Positions 44,579 through 55,639 of a stretch of DNA of 64,000 nt are shown here, piece after piece. The translations under genes were made by a program, and so were the position numbers. Each line of letters opens with the position of its first letter. The first letter of the stretch is position 1. Origin of the DNA: a virus; the IMG/VR virus record IMGVR_UViG_3300024299_000001, positions 32,001-96,000 of that record, one strand, 5' to 3'. The notes below the pieces were generated by a model. It worked only from the letters and a program-made list of their open reading frames with translations, ran no database searches and was not told the origin of the DNA.

Positions 44579-46378
44579 TTACCACTGTGCAACAGTCCAC
44601 AACACGGCCAACCGTTCTGGGCGCAAAATCATGGAACCGTAGTACCATTTGATACTCATAAGCCCAGATTCACCGTAAGGATCCTGCGTGGAAACCATCT
44701 CTTTACCTGGTTTCTTATGGAAGATGGTAAACTTGGTGCTTTTACCGCTGGTCTGGAAACCAATAGTAGTAAATGAAGCATCACCAACAACAAGCATCGG
44801 ATACGCATCATAATAACCATCAGTTACACGATAACCAGAGTTAACACCCTCAGCGATACCTACGGAACCGGCAGCACCGTTATGGTGCATCATCTCAGGA
44901 ACAACAACAATTCTGAAATGTCCAATGGTACCGATTTCACCATTAATCTCAGAACCAGCAGCCGCATAATGTGCCAGCGGGATAAATGCCTGGTTACTGA
45001 AATGATCAGTCATCTTTTCAATGGTAGGAATCAACTCAGAACCAATATATATAATACGGGCGGAGTTAATAACCTTTGTATCAACCATTCGGGAACCGGT
45101 TATAATCTTGGTGTTCTTAGGACATCTGTTGTTATCAAGATCAATGGAAAGCTTACTTAGATCATCATAATCAACTTCAGTCAGGGTAGAAGCAACACCA
45201 GACATATCCTCTTTACTTAAAGCATCACCGGCATAACGAATAACACCAGCACCGTTAAGCAGATCAATCTGCAGAGCATCCTCGGTAATTTCATTGGCAC
45301 CAAAGAGCATTTCACGGTTAATATGCATGGCCATCTCAGCATCAGTATCAAAGTCCAGAGATTCCTGGGTGTACTCATCAAAGAAACCAAATTTCTCAAT
45401 AGATCCTTCCAGAGTAATACGTTTGAAACCAACACGGTTAACTCTTCCACCAACCTCGGTCAGTGCAGGGAGTTTACCGGAGATATAACCAACATCTTTA
45501 CTGGAACCATAAAGATTACCAGCACCATTTACAGAAGTGTTCAGGGTTGTTTCATAACCCAGATCGTAAATAGTATTAGCACCTTCTACAGTTTCTGCAA
45601 CAGACTCAGTACCAGTACCAGCTATTGTACAGGCTACACGACTAGCCTGATAGCCAGCACGATCAAAAGTTGCAGTAAGAGTTCCACCATTAGTACCGGT
45701 ACCGGTAGCAAGAGCAAGGGTGAAAGGCATAGCTGCGTAGTTTGCAGCATTTGGGGATGCAATCAAACCAGCCAGAGCAGCATCAATAGTCTGAACACCA
45801 GCCATAGTAAATTCAAGATCTACTCCATCCCAAGTGATAGTAATTACATCATCAGTAGTAAGAGTAACCAGGGTAATAGTATCAACCTGAATTGCTTCAC
45901 CGGTAGCTGCCTGAATGGCATAATCGGCTGCAACAGAAGCATGGGCCATGGTTGCATACTGATCAGGAAATTGTGATTGGATCCAGGCAACAAAAGCTGT
46001 CTTTGCAGCAGTAATAGCTGTTGCATCAACTGATGCATGGTTACCAACAAAATATTCTTTCATTCCTGCGCCAAGGGTACCTTCACCGTCCGGACCTGCA
46101 ACAGTAATGGTAGATTCAAAAGTCGTTGTTGCACCAGCAGCATCCAATCCCTGATCATTGATATTCGCATCATCAAGTAAAGGCATGTAATGGTACCGTT
46201 TAATTGTTTTACCCATGTGTTTGGGCATGGCCGTTACATCAGCCAACTGGGAAAAGTACTGTTCTTTTTTCAGCTCAATAAGAGCTTTTTTCTGATAATA
46301 CTCAGTTACTAGCTGAGTACCTATATCAGACGCCGCTCCGCCTGTTACAAAGCCTCGTCCACCGTCAGGTAGTGCCAT
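44579..46378 (-). CDS. major capsid protein (N4 gp56-like HK97 fold) with a large internal insertion
   Basis: 599 aa lying between the scaffold-like gene and a strong terminator. The N-terminal 'GKTIKRYHYMPL' type segment is as in N4-family capsid proteins. The central part is A/T/G-rich. Confidence 0.7.
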   Translation of the reverse strand: MALPDGGRGFVTGGAASDIGTQLVTEYYQKKALIELKKEQYFSQLADVTAMPKHMGKTIKRYHYMPLLDDANINDQGLDAAGATTTFESTITVAGPDGEGTLGAGMKEYFVGNHASVDATAITAAKTAFVAWIQSQFPDQYATMAHASVAADYAIQAATGEAIQVDTITLVTLTTDDVITITWDGVDLEFTMAGVQTIDAALAGLIASPNAANYAAMPFTLALATGTGTNGGTLTATFDRAGYQASRVACTIAGTGTESVAETVEGANTIYDLGYETTLNTSVNGAGNLYGSSKDVGYISGKLPALTEVGGRVNRVGFKRITLEGSIEKFGFFDEYTQESLDFDTDAEMAMHINREMLFGANEITEDALQIDLLNGAGVIRYAGDALSKEDMSGVASTLTEVDYDDLSKLSIDLDNNRCPKNTKIITGSRMVDTKVINSARIIYIGSELIPTIEKMTDHFSNQAFIPLAHYAAAGSEINGEIGTIGHFRIVVVPEMMHHNGAAGSVGIAEGVNSGYRVTDGYYDAYPMLVVGDASFTTIGFQTSGKSTKFTIFHKKPGKEMVSTQDPYGESGLMSIKWYYGSMILRPERLAVLWTVAQW

Positions 46379-46401
46379 TTTATATTTCCTTGTTTAATAG
46401 A

Positions 46402-47643
46402 TTATTTTACTTTAAAATCATTAGGGTCAATTTTAGCAAAATCATCATCAGACATGGATAAAGGATTATACGATACGACTGCTGGAGTACCTTTACTCTT
46501 AGTAGGGCTAGCAGCCTTCTTGCGTTCTTTCCGTTTTTCCTCTGCTTTAGAATCGATTTTAGTTGGAGCAATAACTGGTTCAGGTTTAGTTTCTGTTACA
46601 GGAGATGTTTCCTCCTTTTTAAACTGCCCTGCTTCGTATAGCTGATCACCCATTTGTTTATACGCATGAATATCAGATATCCCAGTTAAATTCCCCATGC
46701 TGCGTTCATACTCTACGGCTTTCATGACTTTATCATAGGTCCCATCGGCAACGTGCTCATTGATTGTTTTAATAATTTGAGGTGAGTTGGCAATGATGTT
46801 ACGACTGTCTTGATCCCATACATTCGTTATTACATTCAGAGTATCCTGATAGGTGGGCGTACTATGAATATCTTCAAGTACAGCGTCTAAATCAAGTTCT
46901 GATTCATTAACAGTATGTTGGGTCGGAGTATATTTACTGTCATCTTTAACATTTACATCCAAAGGATCCATACCACTGTCTTTAACCAGTTTAGTAATTG
47001 CCTCTGGATTTTTGTTGTGTAGATCAATTAAAAAGTTAAGATCATTCTCTTCCATCAGGCCATTCTTTTCGAGTAACTTAAGAATGCGCATTGAAGGTTT
47101 AAGACCGGCCATCTTCTTATGATAATTGGCTCCCATCTGCATAAGACGGATAGCATCATCAGTATTCTTTACAGCCATGTCATAACCATTTGCTTTAAAT
47201 GGAGCAGTGATCTTTTCATACTCAGCTTTATAATCAATCCCCGCTTTATCAGACTTTACTTCTTTGTCTTCTTTTTTATCTGTTTTAATTTTTTTATCCG
47301 AATCCGCCTCAAGGTCAGTTTCAACCTCCTCTTTTTTCTTTTCTGGTTCTGGCTTCTTCAAATCTTTATCTTCTTCTGAGAAAACTTTACTGGCTTCTTC
47401 AGCTGCAAGCTCTTCAGCCTTTTTATTAGCAGCTGCATCAGCTTCTTCCTGGGCTTTTGCTTCAGCTTCTGCATCTTCCTCAGCTTTTTTAACTGCATCA
47501 GGATCAACCTCTTCTTCCGGCTCTTCCTCAACAATTTTTTCTGTAAGTTCTGGAGGACCCTCTAATTTAGCAAAGTCTTCATCAGACAATTCCAGTGCCT
47601 CAATCGGTGCTTCTTCCATTTTTGTTTCTTCGGCAACAGCCAT
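46402..47643 (-). CDS. scaffolding-like protein
   Basis: 413 aa, E/K/A-rich and low-complexity at both ends, positioned between the portal and capsid genes. Confidence 0.5.
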   Translation of the reverse strand: MAVAEETKMEEAPIEALELSDEDFAKLEGPPELTEKIVEEEPEEEVDPDAVKKAEEDAEAEAKAQEEADAAANKKAEELAAEEASKVFSEEDKDLKKPEPEKKKEEVETDLEADSDKKIKTDKKEDKEVKSDKAGIDYKAEYEKITAPFKANGYDMAVKNTDDAIRLMQMGANYHKKMAGLKPSMRILKLLEKNGLMEENDLNFLIDLHNKNPEAITKLVKDSGMDPLDVNVKDDSKYTPTQHTVNESELDLDAVLEDIHSTPTYQDTLNVITNVWDQDSRNIIANSPQIIKTINEHVADGTYDKVMKAVEYERSMGNLTGISDIHAYKQMGDQLYEAGQFKKEETSPVTETKPEPVIAPTKIDSKAEEKRKERKKAASPTKSKGTPAVVSYNPLSMSDDDFAKIDPNDFKVK

Positions 47644-47646
47644 GGG

Positions 47647-47979
47647 TTACCCCTCTTCGGCTAGGATATTCTCTAGCTCTTGTTCTGCACTAAATAGTGC
47701 TTCTCTTGCAGTAACACCAGTCTGTCTCACATTAGCCAAAAATTGCTGTAAACCAGCAACACCCGTAAGCTGACACTGAGCATGAGCCTGAACCTTTGGT
47801 TCCTGGGCCTGCAAACTAGCAGTAAACGTCAGCATACCCAGAGCAAAGTCCCTTAAATAAGTCTCAGTAAATAACTTTTTAAAGTGTTTGTTTTTCTCCA
47901 GGAAAATCAATGCATCAGCCAGTTCTACTTTGTCCCGTTCTGCTCTAATGTTTAACTCAATCTTTTCTAAATTTGTCAT
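47647..47979 (-). CDS. hypothetical head-morphogenesis block protein
   Basis: 110-aa ORF lying 4 nt upstream of the scaffold-like gene. Confidence 0.65.
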   Translation of the reverse strand: MTNLEKIELNIRAERDKVELADALIFLEKNKHFKKLFTETYLRDFALGMLTFTASLQAQEPKVQAHAQCQLTGVAGLQQFLANVRQTGVTAREALFSAEQELENILAEEG

Positions 47980-48058
47980 AGTTTTATTCCTCTTTGTGTC
48001 CTCCTGCGATATGCTGCAGTGAGCTATTATAGGTTATACCTGAGTATAAATATACTGG

Positions 48059-50230
48059 TCAGGCAGTAGCTTTTTCTGGTTTAACGGTATCGGATATTAT
48101 TTTAGTAGTCAAATCATTTTGTGCTTTTACATCTAACTTTTCCAACTCTCGGGCTTGATTTACTCCGGATTCTTGTTCTAAGTAACTTAAATCTTTATTA
48201 TCAGCATCACTGGAGATATCTCTTGTTTTAGCGCCCTCAGTACCTGCTTTTGCCTCATTAAGTCTACCCTGAGTAATCTCACGGTAGCCCTTCTCACCGT
48301 TCAGTTCCGCTTCAGCAGCATGCTTGGTTGCCAATGCTTCTTCTTTAGCAATCTGAGCTTTAAGTAGATATATTTCTAATTCTCTCTTTGCTTCTTCAAT
48401 TGGATCAGGTTTGGGCTCATACTCTTCAATCTTTTTAGCCATACCAGGCATCTTTCTTAAAGTAGCAATATCAGCAAGAATCATATTCCTTAAATCAGGG
48501 TCCATATTATTACCGGTAGTCTGAAGCATGAAAGCTAATTCCTCTGCTTTCTTATTATCAGCTTCAGCAGTACTTATGCTTAACTCAAGATCAAAATGAC
48601 CAGCAAGATCATCTCTACGGATCGGAATGAATCTTTCATTGGTTACTCTAATAATTTCTTCTTCAGATAAGAATTCAGCATTCATACTGATCATCTTACG
48701 ACCAATCTGGATTATACCTAATGCAAGGCGCCTAAGTATACCAAATTCACGTTTACTAGCTGCATCTAAGGCATCCCTACCACCTCCGACACTATCGCCT
48801 AATGCGCGGCTATTTATACCCGAATGGAAGGCCTTCACACCGGTAAGACTCTCAGCATCAGCATTCTGCATAGCAATCATATTGGGGGCTGAAGCAGGTA
48901 TTTCCGGAAAGGAGTGCATATATACTGCTTGACGGGGATCCATTACCTGATTAAATACATAATCCTCACCCCTATCAAATTTACGTTTATTAGTAAAATC
49001 AAGGAAACCTTGTTGCATGCCAGTCTGACTATTAGCTGATCGACCCAAAAGATCAATCATACCACGAGTGGTAGCACCAATAATCTGTTGATTCTCAATC
49101 AGTAATTCACCATCAGGTTGACCATAAAGGGATTTACGTACTGGCAAATACACTGCTTTAACAAAGGGATGTTCTTTATCCGGGAAAGGGTTCTCTTCCA
49201 TACGGATCTTACGATCATTAACCCAAGCAGCAACAATGGGTACTACTGTACCATCACCATGGATATCCCAGTCACCCCAGTACTGTTGCACGGTAAACTG
49301 CTTACGGGGTTCATCAGTAAAATTAAAAGAATCATTATCAGGTGTCTCTTCATAATCCGGATCAGTTAAAGGAGAAGAGGCTTCTTTATTTATATGCTTT
49401 AAATTATGATACTTACCGTCTTTCTTTAAACCGGCTACTGAAGCTTTAAAAGTCTCACCAATAAAACCTGCCTTACGAATATCACCACCACAGGACGGAT
49501 CCATAACAAGATTTTTATGCTCCATCACTTCAAGAACTGGTTGATTCTTTGTTTCCTTCATTACTTTCTCAATACGAACACCAATTTGATTGGGTGTAAC
49601 CGCCTGGCCAGTTGTAGCAAATATTTGTAATGTTTGATCCATCCCGGGATTGCTGTATTCTTCGTACACATCCCGGTTATCTTTCTTAAGTTGCAATAGC
49701 TGAATGTATTTAGGAATAGTTTGCTGCAGTACTTCCGGATCAGTAATAGGAATAAATTCGTATTCAGGAATCTCTTCCTCAACTTCCTCTTCTTCTGAAT
49801 CCCAGCCTACTTTAACAATGACAGTACCTAGATCAACAGCATCCCGGATATAGGCATCAATAAAATTTACTTTATCTATCTTAGTATTAAACTGATTATT
49901 CAGTACCAGAGCATTTTGTTTAGCCCGGTCTCGGTCACCAGCAGTAATTGGATTTACATTAAAAATATCTGAAGTACTTAAGAATGGTTCAGATAAAGAA
50001 GAGTACCGCCATTCAGCCTGCTTCCGGATAACCTTGGGCACAACAGAAGATCTACCTTTTGCAGTGGTAATCTTAGCAGCTCCAGTAATATTTAAATTCT
50101 CTAACCAGGTATCAACATTATTGATATGCTTATCATAGTCCGACCGGGCATCATCTAAATTTTGTTTCAAATCAGCGATAGATGGCTCATTAGCCCAATC
50201 AGTAAGTTTTGTTTTAGCTGTATCTTCCAT
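48059..50230 (-). CDS. portal protein (N4 gp59-like)
   Basis: 723 aa, in the expected order relative to terminase and capsid, with a charged helical C-terminus. Confidence 0.7.
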   Translation of the reverse strand: MEDTAKTKLTDWANEPSIADLKQNLDDARSDYDKHINNVDTWLENLNITGAAKITTAKGRSSVVPKVIRKQAEWRYSSLSEPFLSTSDIFNVNPITAGDRDRAKQNALVLNNQFNTKIDKVNFIDAYIRDAVDLGTVIVKVGWDSEEEEVEEEIPEYEFIPITDPEVLQQTIPKYIQLLQLKKDNRDVYEEYSNPGMDQTLQIFATTGQAVTPNQIGVRIEKVMKETKNQPVLEVMEHKNLVMDPSCGGDIRKAGFIGETFKASVAGLKKDGKYHNLKHINKEASSPLTDPDYEETPDNDSFNFTDEPRKQFTVQQYWGDWDIHGDGTVVPIVAAWVNDRKIRMEENPFPDKEHPFVKAVYLPVRKSLYGQPDGELLIENQQIIGATTRGMIDLLGRSANSQTGMQQGFLDFTNKRKFDRGEDYVFNQVMDPRQAVYMHSFPEIPASAPNMIAMQNADAESLTGVKAFHSGINSRALGDSVGGGRDALDAASKREFGILRRLALGIIQIGRKMISMNAEFLSEEEIIRVTNERFIPIRRDDLAGHFDLELSISTAEADNKKAEELAFMLQTTGNNMDPDLRNMILADIATLRKMPGMAKKIEEYEPKPDPIEEAKRELEIYLLKAQIAKEEALATKHAAEAELNGEKGYREITQGRLNEAKAGTEGAKTRDISSDADNKDLSYLEQESGVNQARELEKLDVKAQNDLTTKIISDTVKPEKATA

Positions 50231-50257
50231 GTGATATATCCTATTTAAATATGTTTA

Positions 50258-50728
50258 CTATTCTTTTGGAAATCTATTTTTAGCTGAACGACAAACAGCA
50301 TCATATGCTTTAAGTTGCTCTTTACTTTTTTTTCTTTCTTTTGGGTCATCACTACGCAATTTAAACTGTATATCTAAATAATCATTTGAATCCGGGTATA
50401 ACCACTTACGGAAAGTTGTATAGTATTTCTTTTTAAAAGCAACAGGTTCTTCACCTAAATTAATAATTGCTTTATTAAAATTATCTTCTGAATCTACATA
50501 TTGTTTTAAACTGAACAAATTAGTAACAGGAAATTCTGGATAAGGTATTGTGGGCTCTGTAACAACTAAAGTTTCAGGATTAATTATACAAGTTTCTTCA
50601 TACCTTTGATCACATAAAATTTCTGTGACTGGATCAAAATTAAGTTTAGCTTGATGAAGCGAACAACCTAAGTATTTTACAACTTTACCTGTTACTTTAT
50701 TAAAAACTGTATATTCATTATTTTGCAT
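50258..50728 (-). CDS. hypothetical protein
   Basis: 156-aa ORF. Confidence 0.65.
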   Translation of the reverse strand: MQNNEYTVFNKVTGKVVKYLGCSLHQAKLNFDPVTEILCDQRYEETCIINPETLVVTEPTIPYPEFPVTNLFSLKQYVDSEDNFNKAIINLGEEPVAFKKKYYTTFRKWLYPDSNDYLDIQFKLRSDDPKERKKSKEQLKAYDAVCRSAKNRFPKE

Positions 50729-50733
50729 AATTC

Positions 50734-52902
50734 CTACTTATATGAAATCATTACTATAATACAAGGATAGCCTGTTGCGCCACCTAAAGTACCCTGTACT
50801 TTAAAAGAATATGAACCGGCTGCTACTGTTGACCAAGTTCTGCCACCAGAGTACATTCCTCCCTCACCACCAGCAGACCATATGAGTGTTGTACCTGCAT
50901 AAAAATTAACAGTACAAGTAGTATACCCTACCATAGAAAACTGTACGGATATGTTTGCAGTAGAATGTGTAGAAAAATTATGAGTTAAAGTGTAATCAGT
51001 AGAAAGTCCACTATCTCCAGTAATCTCTGTTGCGGCATTAGCGTCAAGTTTACCAGTATTAACAGCTAGATCTTGGATATTACCAGTAGCAATAATATCA
51101 CCGGTAACAGTTAAAGTAGAGCCATTCCAAAGAATACTTTTGGAGGAATTACCAAAAGCTAATTTATAGGTCCCACCATCATAGCCCATCCAAAAACCAG
51201 CAGTTGGATCAGCATGCGAAGTTTTACCCCCTCTAAGGCTTCCAGTGGTTCCAACATTCAGTAAACCAGTATTAACAGAAAGAGCGGCTAAATTAGATAC
51301 ATTTATTTGGTTTGCAGTAATAGAATTAGTATAAATCTTTCCGCCATCAATAAAGGTTTGTCCTGGATATTTCCAGAGTACCGTTGAATTGTAGCCAAGT
51401 ACCCCATTTGCAGCATCAGCAAGAACTGCAGCACCGCCATTTAATTCCCCAACAGTTATTGCTCCAGTATTTATTAAACTTGTTTGAATTTTAGTTCCTG
51501 AAATAATAGTGCCATCTAGGTTGCTAAAACCAACAGAAGATAAATAAGCCATAGCAGCTAAACTTAAAGCTGACTTAACAGATGCAGGATCTGCACCAAT
51601 TGAACCAACAATTAAAGTTGTGGGGATATTTACATAAGTAGAATTTAAACTAATAACATCACCAGCTACTGAAAATACAGGATCAGCCGAAGTACTGGTT
51701 AACACTTTAAAAGTGTCAGCGTTAACAATAAATTCTGATTTAGTATCATCTGGTTGAGCTGTCCAATAAGCCGGGTCTACACCAGGAGCATTGCCTGCAG
51801 CAGACGTATGAGCTAAAATACAAAGATAAACTACATTACCATAAACAACTTTAACGTCTAATGGGTAGTCTTCGCCACTGAGCCAAATAGGATTAAGTAA
51901 TAACTGAAAACCGGTTGCATAAGATTTACCATTACCATCTTCAACAATGTTTACTGCAAATTGATTAGCCAATAAAGTTTGGGTGGCCTCTAAAGAATAT
52001 TTTGTTGCACCAAGTTTCGTGCTGTTGACTTGGGAAAGAATTTGATTAGCTGAAATTGTAGTTTCTGCAATATTTACTCGACCTGTAACACTATCAGTTG
52101 CAATTACTTGTAGATCAATAAGATCTCCTTGAATAGTAAGAGTAGCTGTATTTACATCTGCTTTTCCATTTACTAATATTCGCGCTTCAGACTCTAATAT
52201 CAATCCAGCAGCATTAATACCAATAGAAGAAGTAAGTGTTTCAATATCTCCACCAGGGCCATTAATAGCCAATACATCTGTAGCAACTAAATCAATATCA
52301 TCCGCTGTTTGGTTTATTAATGTAGTATGGGCTGAAAGAGAGCCGTTAACAGATGTTTCCAGGTCAGTAACACTCTGACTAATCTGAATAGCAGTTAGCT
52401 CAATGCTAGCAGCTCTTGCATTTAATTTACCAGCAGTATCTGCTTTAATATCTACCGCTGAAAGGGCTATCTTCGCATCTGTTGCAATAACTGAAGTCGC
52501 AATTAAAGAATTACCGGCACCTAAAGTTAACAGAACATCTGCACCAACACTAACCCATAAATCTGCCAATTTAGTTAAATCAGAAGCAAGACTAGCTGCC
52601 ATCTGTGTAGAGGTTAATTGACCGGCCAACATTGCTATAACTGTTGCTGTATCATACTTATTACCAACACCCGTATTAATCACAACCACTGGCTTCTCAT
52701 CACCAAGAACAGTAACCGGTGTTGCGCCGGTAACAGTAATTTGAGGGATTACATTGCCTATAACTGTGACTTGAGAGGTAGAATTATCTGTAACAGTTAT
52801 TGCAGCAATAGAACTATCAGTAATAGTTACAGTAGGTTGATTATCAGTTACTGTAACGGTTATCACTGTAGGGACTACATTTACAACAGCCATATCGCTC
52901 AT
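50734..52902 (-). CDS. tail fibre/appendage protein
   Basis: 722 aa. The N-terminus has 'ITVT'-type beta repeats (VITVTVTDNQPTVTITDSSIAAITVTDN...). The protein is S/T/G/A/N-rich throughout. Confidence 0.65.
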   Translation of the reverse strand: MSDMAVVNVVPTVITVTVTDNQPTVTITDSSIAAITVTDNSTSQVTVIGNVIPQITVTGATPVTVLGDEKPVVVINTGVGNKYDTATVIAMLAGQLTSTQMAASLASDLTKLADLWVSVGADVLLTLGAGNSLIATSVIATDAKIALSAVDIKADTAGKLNARAASIELTAIQISQSVTDLETSVNGSLSAHTTLINQTADDIDLVATDVLAINGPGGDIETLTSSIGINAAGLILESEARILVNGKADVNTATLTIQGDLIDLQVIATDSVTGRVNIAETTISANQILSQVNSTKLGATKYSLEATQTLLANQFAVNIVEDGNGKSYATGFQLLLNPIWLSGEDYPLDVKVVYGNVVYLCILAHTSAAGNAPGVDPAYWTAQPDDTKSEFIVNADTFKVLTSTSADPVFSVAGDVISLNSTYVNIPTTLIVGSIGADPASVKSALSLAAMAYLSSVGFSNLDGTIISGTKIQTSLINTGAITVGELNGGAAVLADAANGVLGYNSTVLWKYPGQTFIDGGKIYTNSITANQINVSNLAALSVNTGLLNVGTTGSLRGGKTSHADPTAGFWMGYDGGTYKLAFGNSSKSILWNGSTLTVTGDIIATGNIQDLAVNTGKLDANAATEITGDSGLSTDYTLTHNFSTHSTANISVQFSMVGYTTCTVNFYAGTTLIWSAGGEGGMYSGGRTWSTVAAGSYSFKVQGTLGGATGYPCIIVMISYK

Positions 52903-53300
52903 AGTGTTATTTCGCCAGTAACCTTTACTAAGCCAACAAGAATCTTGTCAACCACTTCAGCAACTACCGGAGGTCCGACAACAGCATCAGTAACTAGTTC
53001 CAGGTCATAACGGCCTTCATTAAAAGTTAATGCAGCCGTGTCAGCTGCAGAAATAAACATAGTAAGAGTAGTGGTTACTACTTCAATACCACCATTATCA
53101 GTTGTCAACTCTAATAGTGGTACCATTGGGCTATTACCATGTTTTTTAATCCAAGCAGGTCTGATCTGCATACGTACCGAATCGTAAGTACTGAAATCAA
53201 TTGCTACTCCTGCAGCATTCTCAGCATTAATACCTACTGAAAATGTACCACCTCTGTAAATTGTAATATCGTAATTACCAGGTACCATAATTAAGTCCAC
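52899..53300 (-). CDS. small structural protein, Ig-like/beta-sandwich-type sequence
   Basis: 133 aa. 'NYDITIYRGGTFSVGI...' resembles N-terminal domains of tail/baseplate proteins. Confidence 0.5.
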   Translation of the reverse strand: MDLIMVPGNYDITIYRGGTFSVGINAENAAGVAIDFSTYDSVRMQIRPAWIKKHGNSPMVPLLELTTDNGGIEVVTTTLTMFISAADTAALTFNEGRYDLELVTDAVVGPPVVAEVVDKILVGLVKVTGEITL

Positions 53301-54016
53301 CCATTACTTTCAAATTTTTCGGAAGATTCCTCAGTCTTATCAGCCAAACCAAGTAACTCTATTTTTTTACATGAATTTTCATATTGGTACATAAAAGTAG
53401 TATAAAGACTTCGCTCACCTTCAGCAGCCTTAGAAGCCTTTCCCTGGAACACCCGGGCAGCAACATAAAGCAATAGGGGCTCTAGTATCCAACTAGGAAA
53501 GAATAATTCTACTTCTTCTGGATTAAAGTCATCTTCTACTACAATTTTGGGATAACTGGCCAAATAGATTAAAGTCAGAACTCTTAAAGGATCTTGAGGC
53601 GTAAGTCTTATAGTATCAAATGCTTGAGTGAACACCCCCAGATCCGGAAAACGTTTATCATTAAGATGGATTGGATCATCATCAGCATCAATAACTTCAG
53701 TAATCTTAATTATATCATCTTCAAAGGGATCATCGCTATCTTCAATTAAATAACCATTAGAGGACACAGCAGCTACAGTGCTGCTAAGGTAATCTGAACG
53801 AATTAAATAATGAGTAATACCAGTCTGTTCATAAAGATCAATTCTCTTTTCTTTAAGAGTAAAGCGCTTATAAATCTCAATAAGACCTAAATTTACATTA
53901 CTAACTATCTTGGGATATTTTTCTTCGGTAATAGTGGATAACACTGAATTGCCTAGAGCCAAATTAGAAAATTCTCCAGAGGCTAAAGTGTCAAAAAACT
54001 CTTGTAAGGTAATCAT
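53291..54016 (-). CDS. head-tail joining/structural protein (hypothetical)
   Basis: 241-aa ORF immediately downstream of the terminase gene. Confidence 0.55.
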   Translation of the reverse strand: MITLQEFFDTLASGEFSNLALGNSVLSTITEEKYPKIVSNVNLGLIEIYKRFTLKEKRIDLYEQTGITHYLIRSDYLSSTVAAVSSNGYLIEDSDDPFEDDIIKITEVIDADDDPIHLNDKRFPDLGVFTQAFDTIRLTPQDPLRVLTLIYLASYPKIVVEDDFNPEEVELFFPSWILEPLLLYVAARVFQGKASKAAEGERSLYTTFMYQYENSCKKIELLGLADKTEESSEKFESNGWT

Positions 54017-54043
54017 GAGTACCCTCTACGTTAAATATTTAGT

Positions 54044-55639
54044 TTACACTACATAAGAATCAATTGTTGATACATTGTCTTCCTTCTCACTTTCATAAAC
54101 ATTATTTTGGTCTTTATGCATGATCACATTATCACTTGGTCTCCATACTGTCAAACTACTCAACATAGAAATAGTATCTATAAAGTCATCGTGTTTACTC
54201 TTCATACCGCTCGGAGAAACTAATTGCAACTCATTTATGCACTCTTGCATTGGAGGGGTGTCTTTTAATTCTAAAGGAAGATACATTTTTTTAGCCTTGA
54301 ACCAAGGAACAACAATATTAAATCTAACCATTTTATGGGAGTTAGGTCTTATGCCCGGCTGGTTACTATTATTGTCAGTTGCGAGCATAAAATAAATATT
54401 ACGATCCATCATTTCACTTTGGATCCAGGGTATAAATCCACCTTGCTGGCCACTCACCTCAACACCTACTGTCTGGGGTTGCCACTTCTGAGCCAACCTA
54501 AATAAGTCATCAATGTTATGGTTCATTAACTGCTTTTTACAAATGCCATCGATCCAAAACCAAAAGCCTTTATTATTCAGGGCCCACACCGATATAACAG
54601 AAAAATCACTAGAACTCTTCTTACTGGTGGCAAAATCAGTAGTAATATAATAATTAAAGGCCCCTAAATTATTTAAGATCATTTCATGTTTATACCAACA
54701 AATATCTGAATCCTGGATTAACCTGTCTTCCTGAGACATAATTCTCAACATTAACTCCTGGTTAAACGCACTGATCTCACCATTCTCTGAGAGAGTATCA
54801 TACTCCTGCTGTACAAAGTCAAAGGTAAACCTGTCCTCCCAAGCGCCTTTAAAGTCCTCTCTGGCACAGGGAAACTCTTCACAGATCGGATATACTCTGG
54901 TATTCCAACCACTACTGCCTGCAGCTTCATATAATGGGTCTCTTTGATTAAAAGGGGTACCGGTCCATATAACCATACGCTTAGCAGGATGCATAGCCTG
55001 TCGAGCAGCTTTATATATAATATTCTTTATATCCCGGGTAATAGTAGCTGATTCAGCATTCTTATCACTCATTAAATCGTCAAAGCCTGCCCAGGATGGC
55101 CTGGTCCCATATTCTTTAAATCCTCTCACACCGGTACTGGCCCCGAACCCTCTGACACAAAATCTATGGCCGGCAGCATTAATAAACTCCCATCGGACAT
55201 CAGTAAAGTTTGCAGTAGGAATATAAGTTTTTAAGAATTCAGAATTATTATACCTGAACTCTAAATTCTTACGCATACTCTTAATACCGTTATCAATGGT
55301 GTCACTGATATACATTGCCACTGACACCTCACCAAAATCAAAGAATTCACCATATACTGCAATATATAAAAACATGTACTCATGTAGAGCAGTCGTTTTG
55401 GCACTGCCACGGAAAGACACAAATAGATTATTATTATTAGCATTTATATTATCGAGCATATCCATATGGAAGACAGGTGACTTATTTTCTTCACCTTCAG
55501 TACCATTAACTAACTTAATAAAAGTAATATAAGCCAGTGCTTCTTCTGACGGGACATAATGCTCATTGAAAAAAGAATAATTAACTTCATTAAGTAATTT
55601 TTCTAAAGATGGGTTATCTTTTAATTTATCAGTCATCAT
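54044..55639 (-). CDS. terL: terminase large subunit
   Basis: Walker-A-like 'SFRGSAKTT', 'WTGTPF', and the C-terminal nuclease acidic motifs 'DFATSKKSSSDFSVISVWA' and 'KHDDFIDTISM'. Confidence 0.85.
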   Translation of the reverse strand: MMTDKLKDNPSLEKLLNEVNYSFFNEHYVPSEEALAYITFIKLVNGTEGEENKSPVFHMDMLDNINANNNNLFVSFRGSAKTTALHEYMFLYIAVYGEFFDFGEVSVAMYISDTIDNGIKSMRKNLEFRYNNSEFLKTYIPTANFTDVRWEFINAAGHRFCVRGFGASTGVRGFKEYGTRPSWAGFDDLMSDKNAESATITRDIKNIIYKAARQAMHPAKRMVIWTGTPFNQRDPLYEAAGSSGWNTRVYPICEEFPCAREDFKGAWEDRFTFDFVQQEYDTLSENGEISAFNQELMLRIMSQEDRLIQDSDICWYKHEMILNNLGAFNYYITTDFATSKKSSSDFSVISVWALNNKGFWFWIDGICKKQLMNHNIDDLFRLAQKWQPQTVGVEVSGQQGGFIPWIQSEMMDRNIYFMLATDNNSNQPGIRPNSHKMVRFNIVVPWFKAKKMYLPLELKDTPPMQECINELQLVSPSGMKSKHDDFIDTISMLSSLTVWRPSDNVIMHKDQNNVYESEKEDNVSTIDSYVV

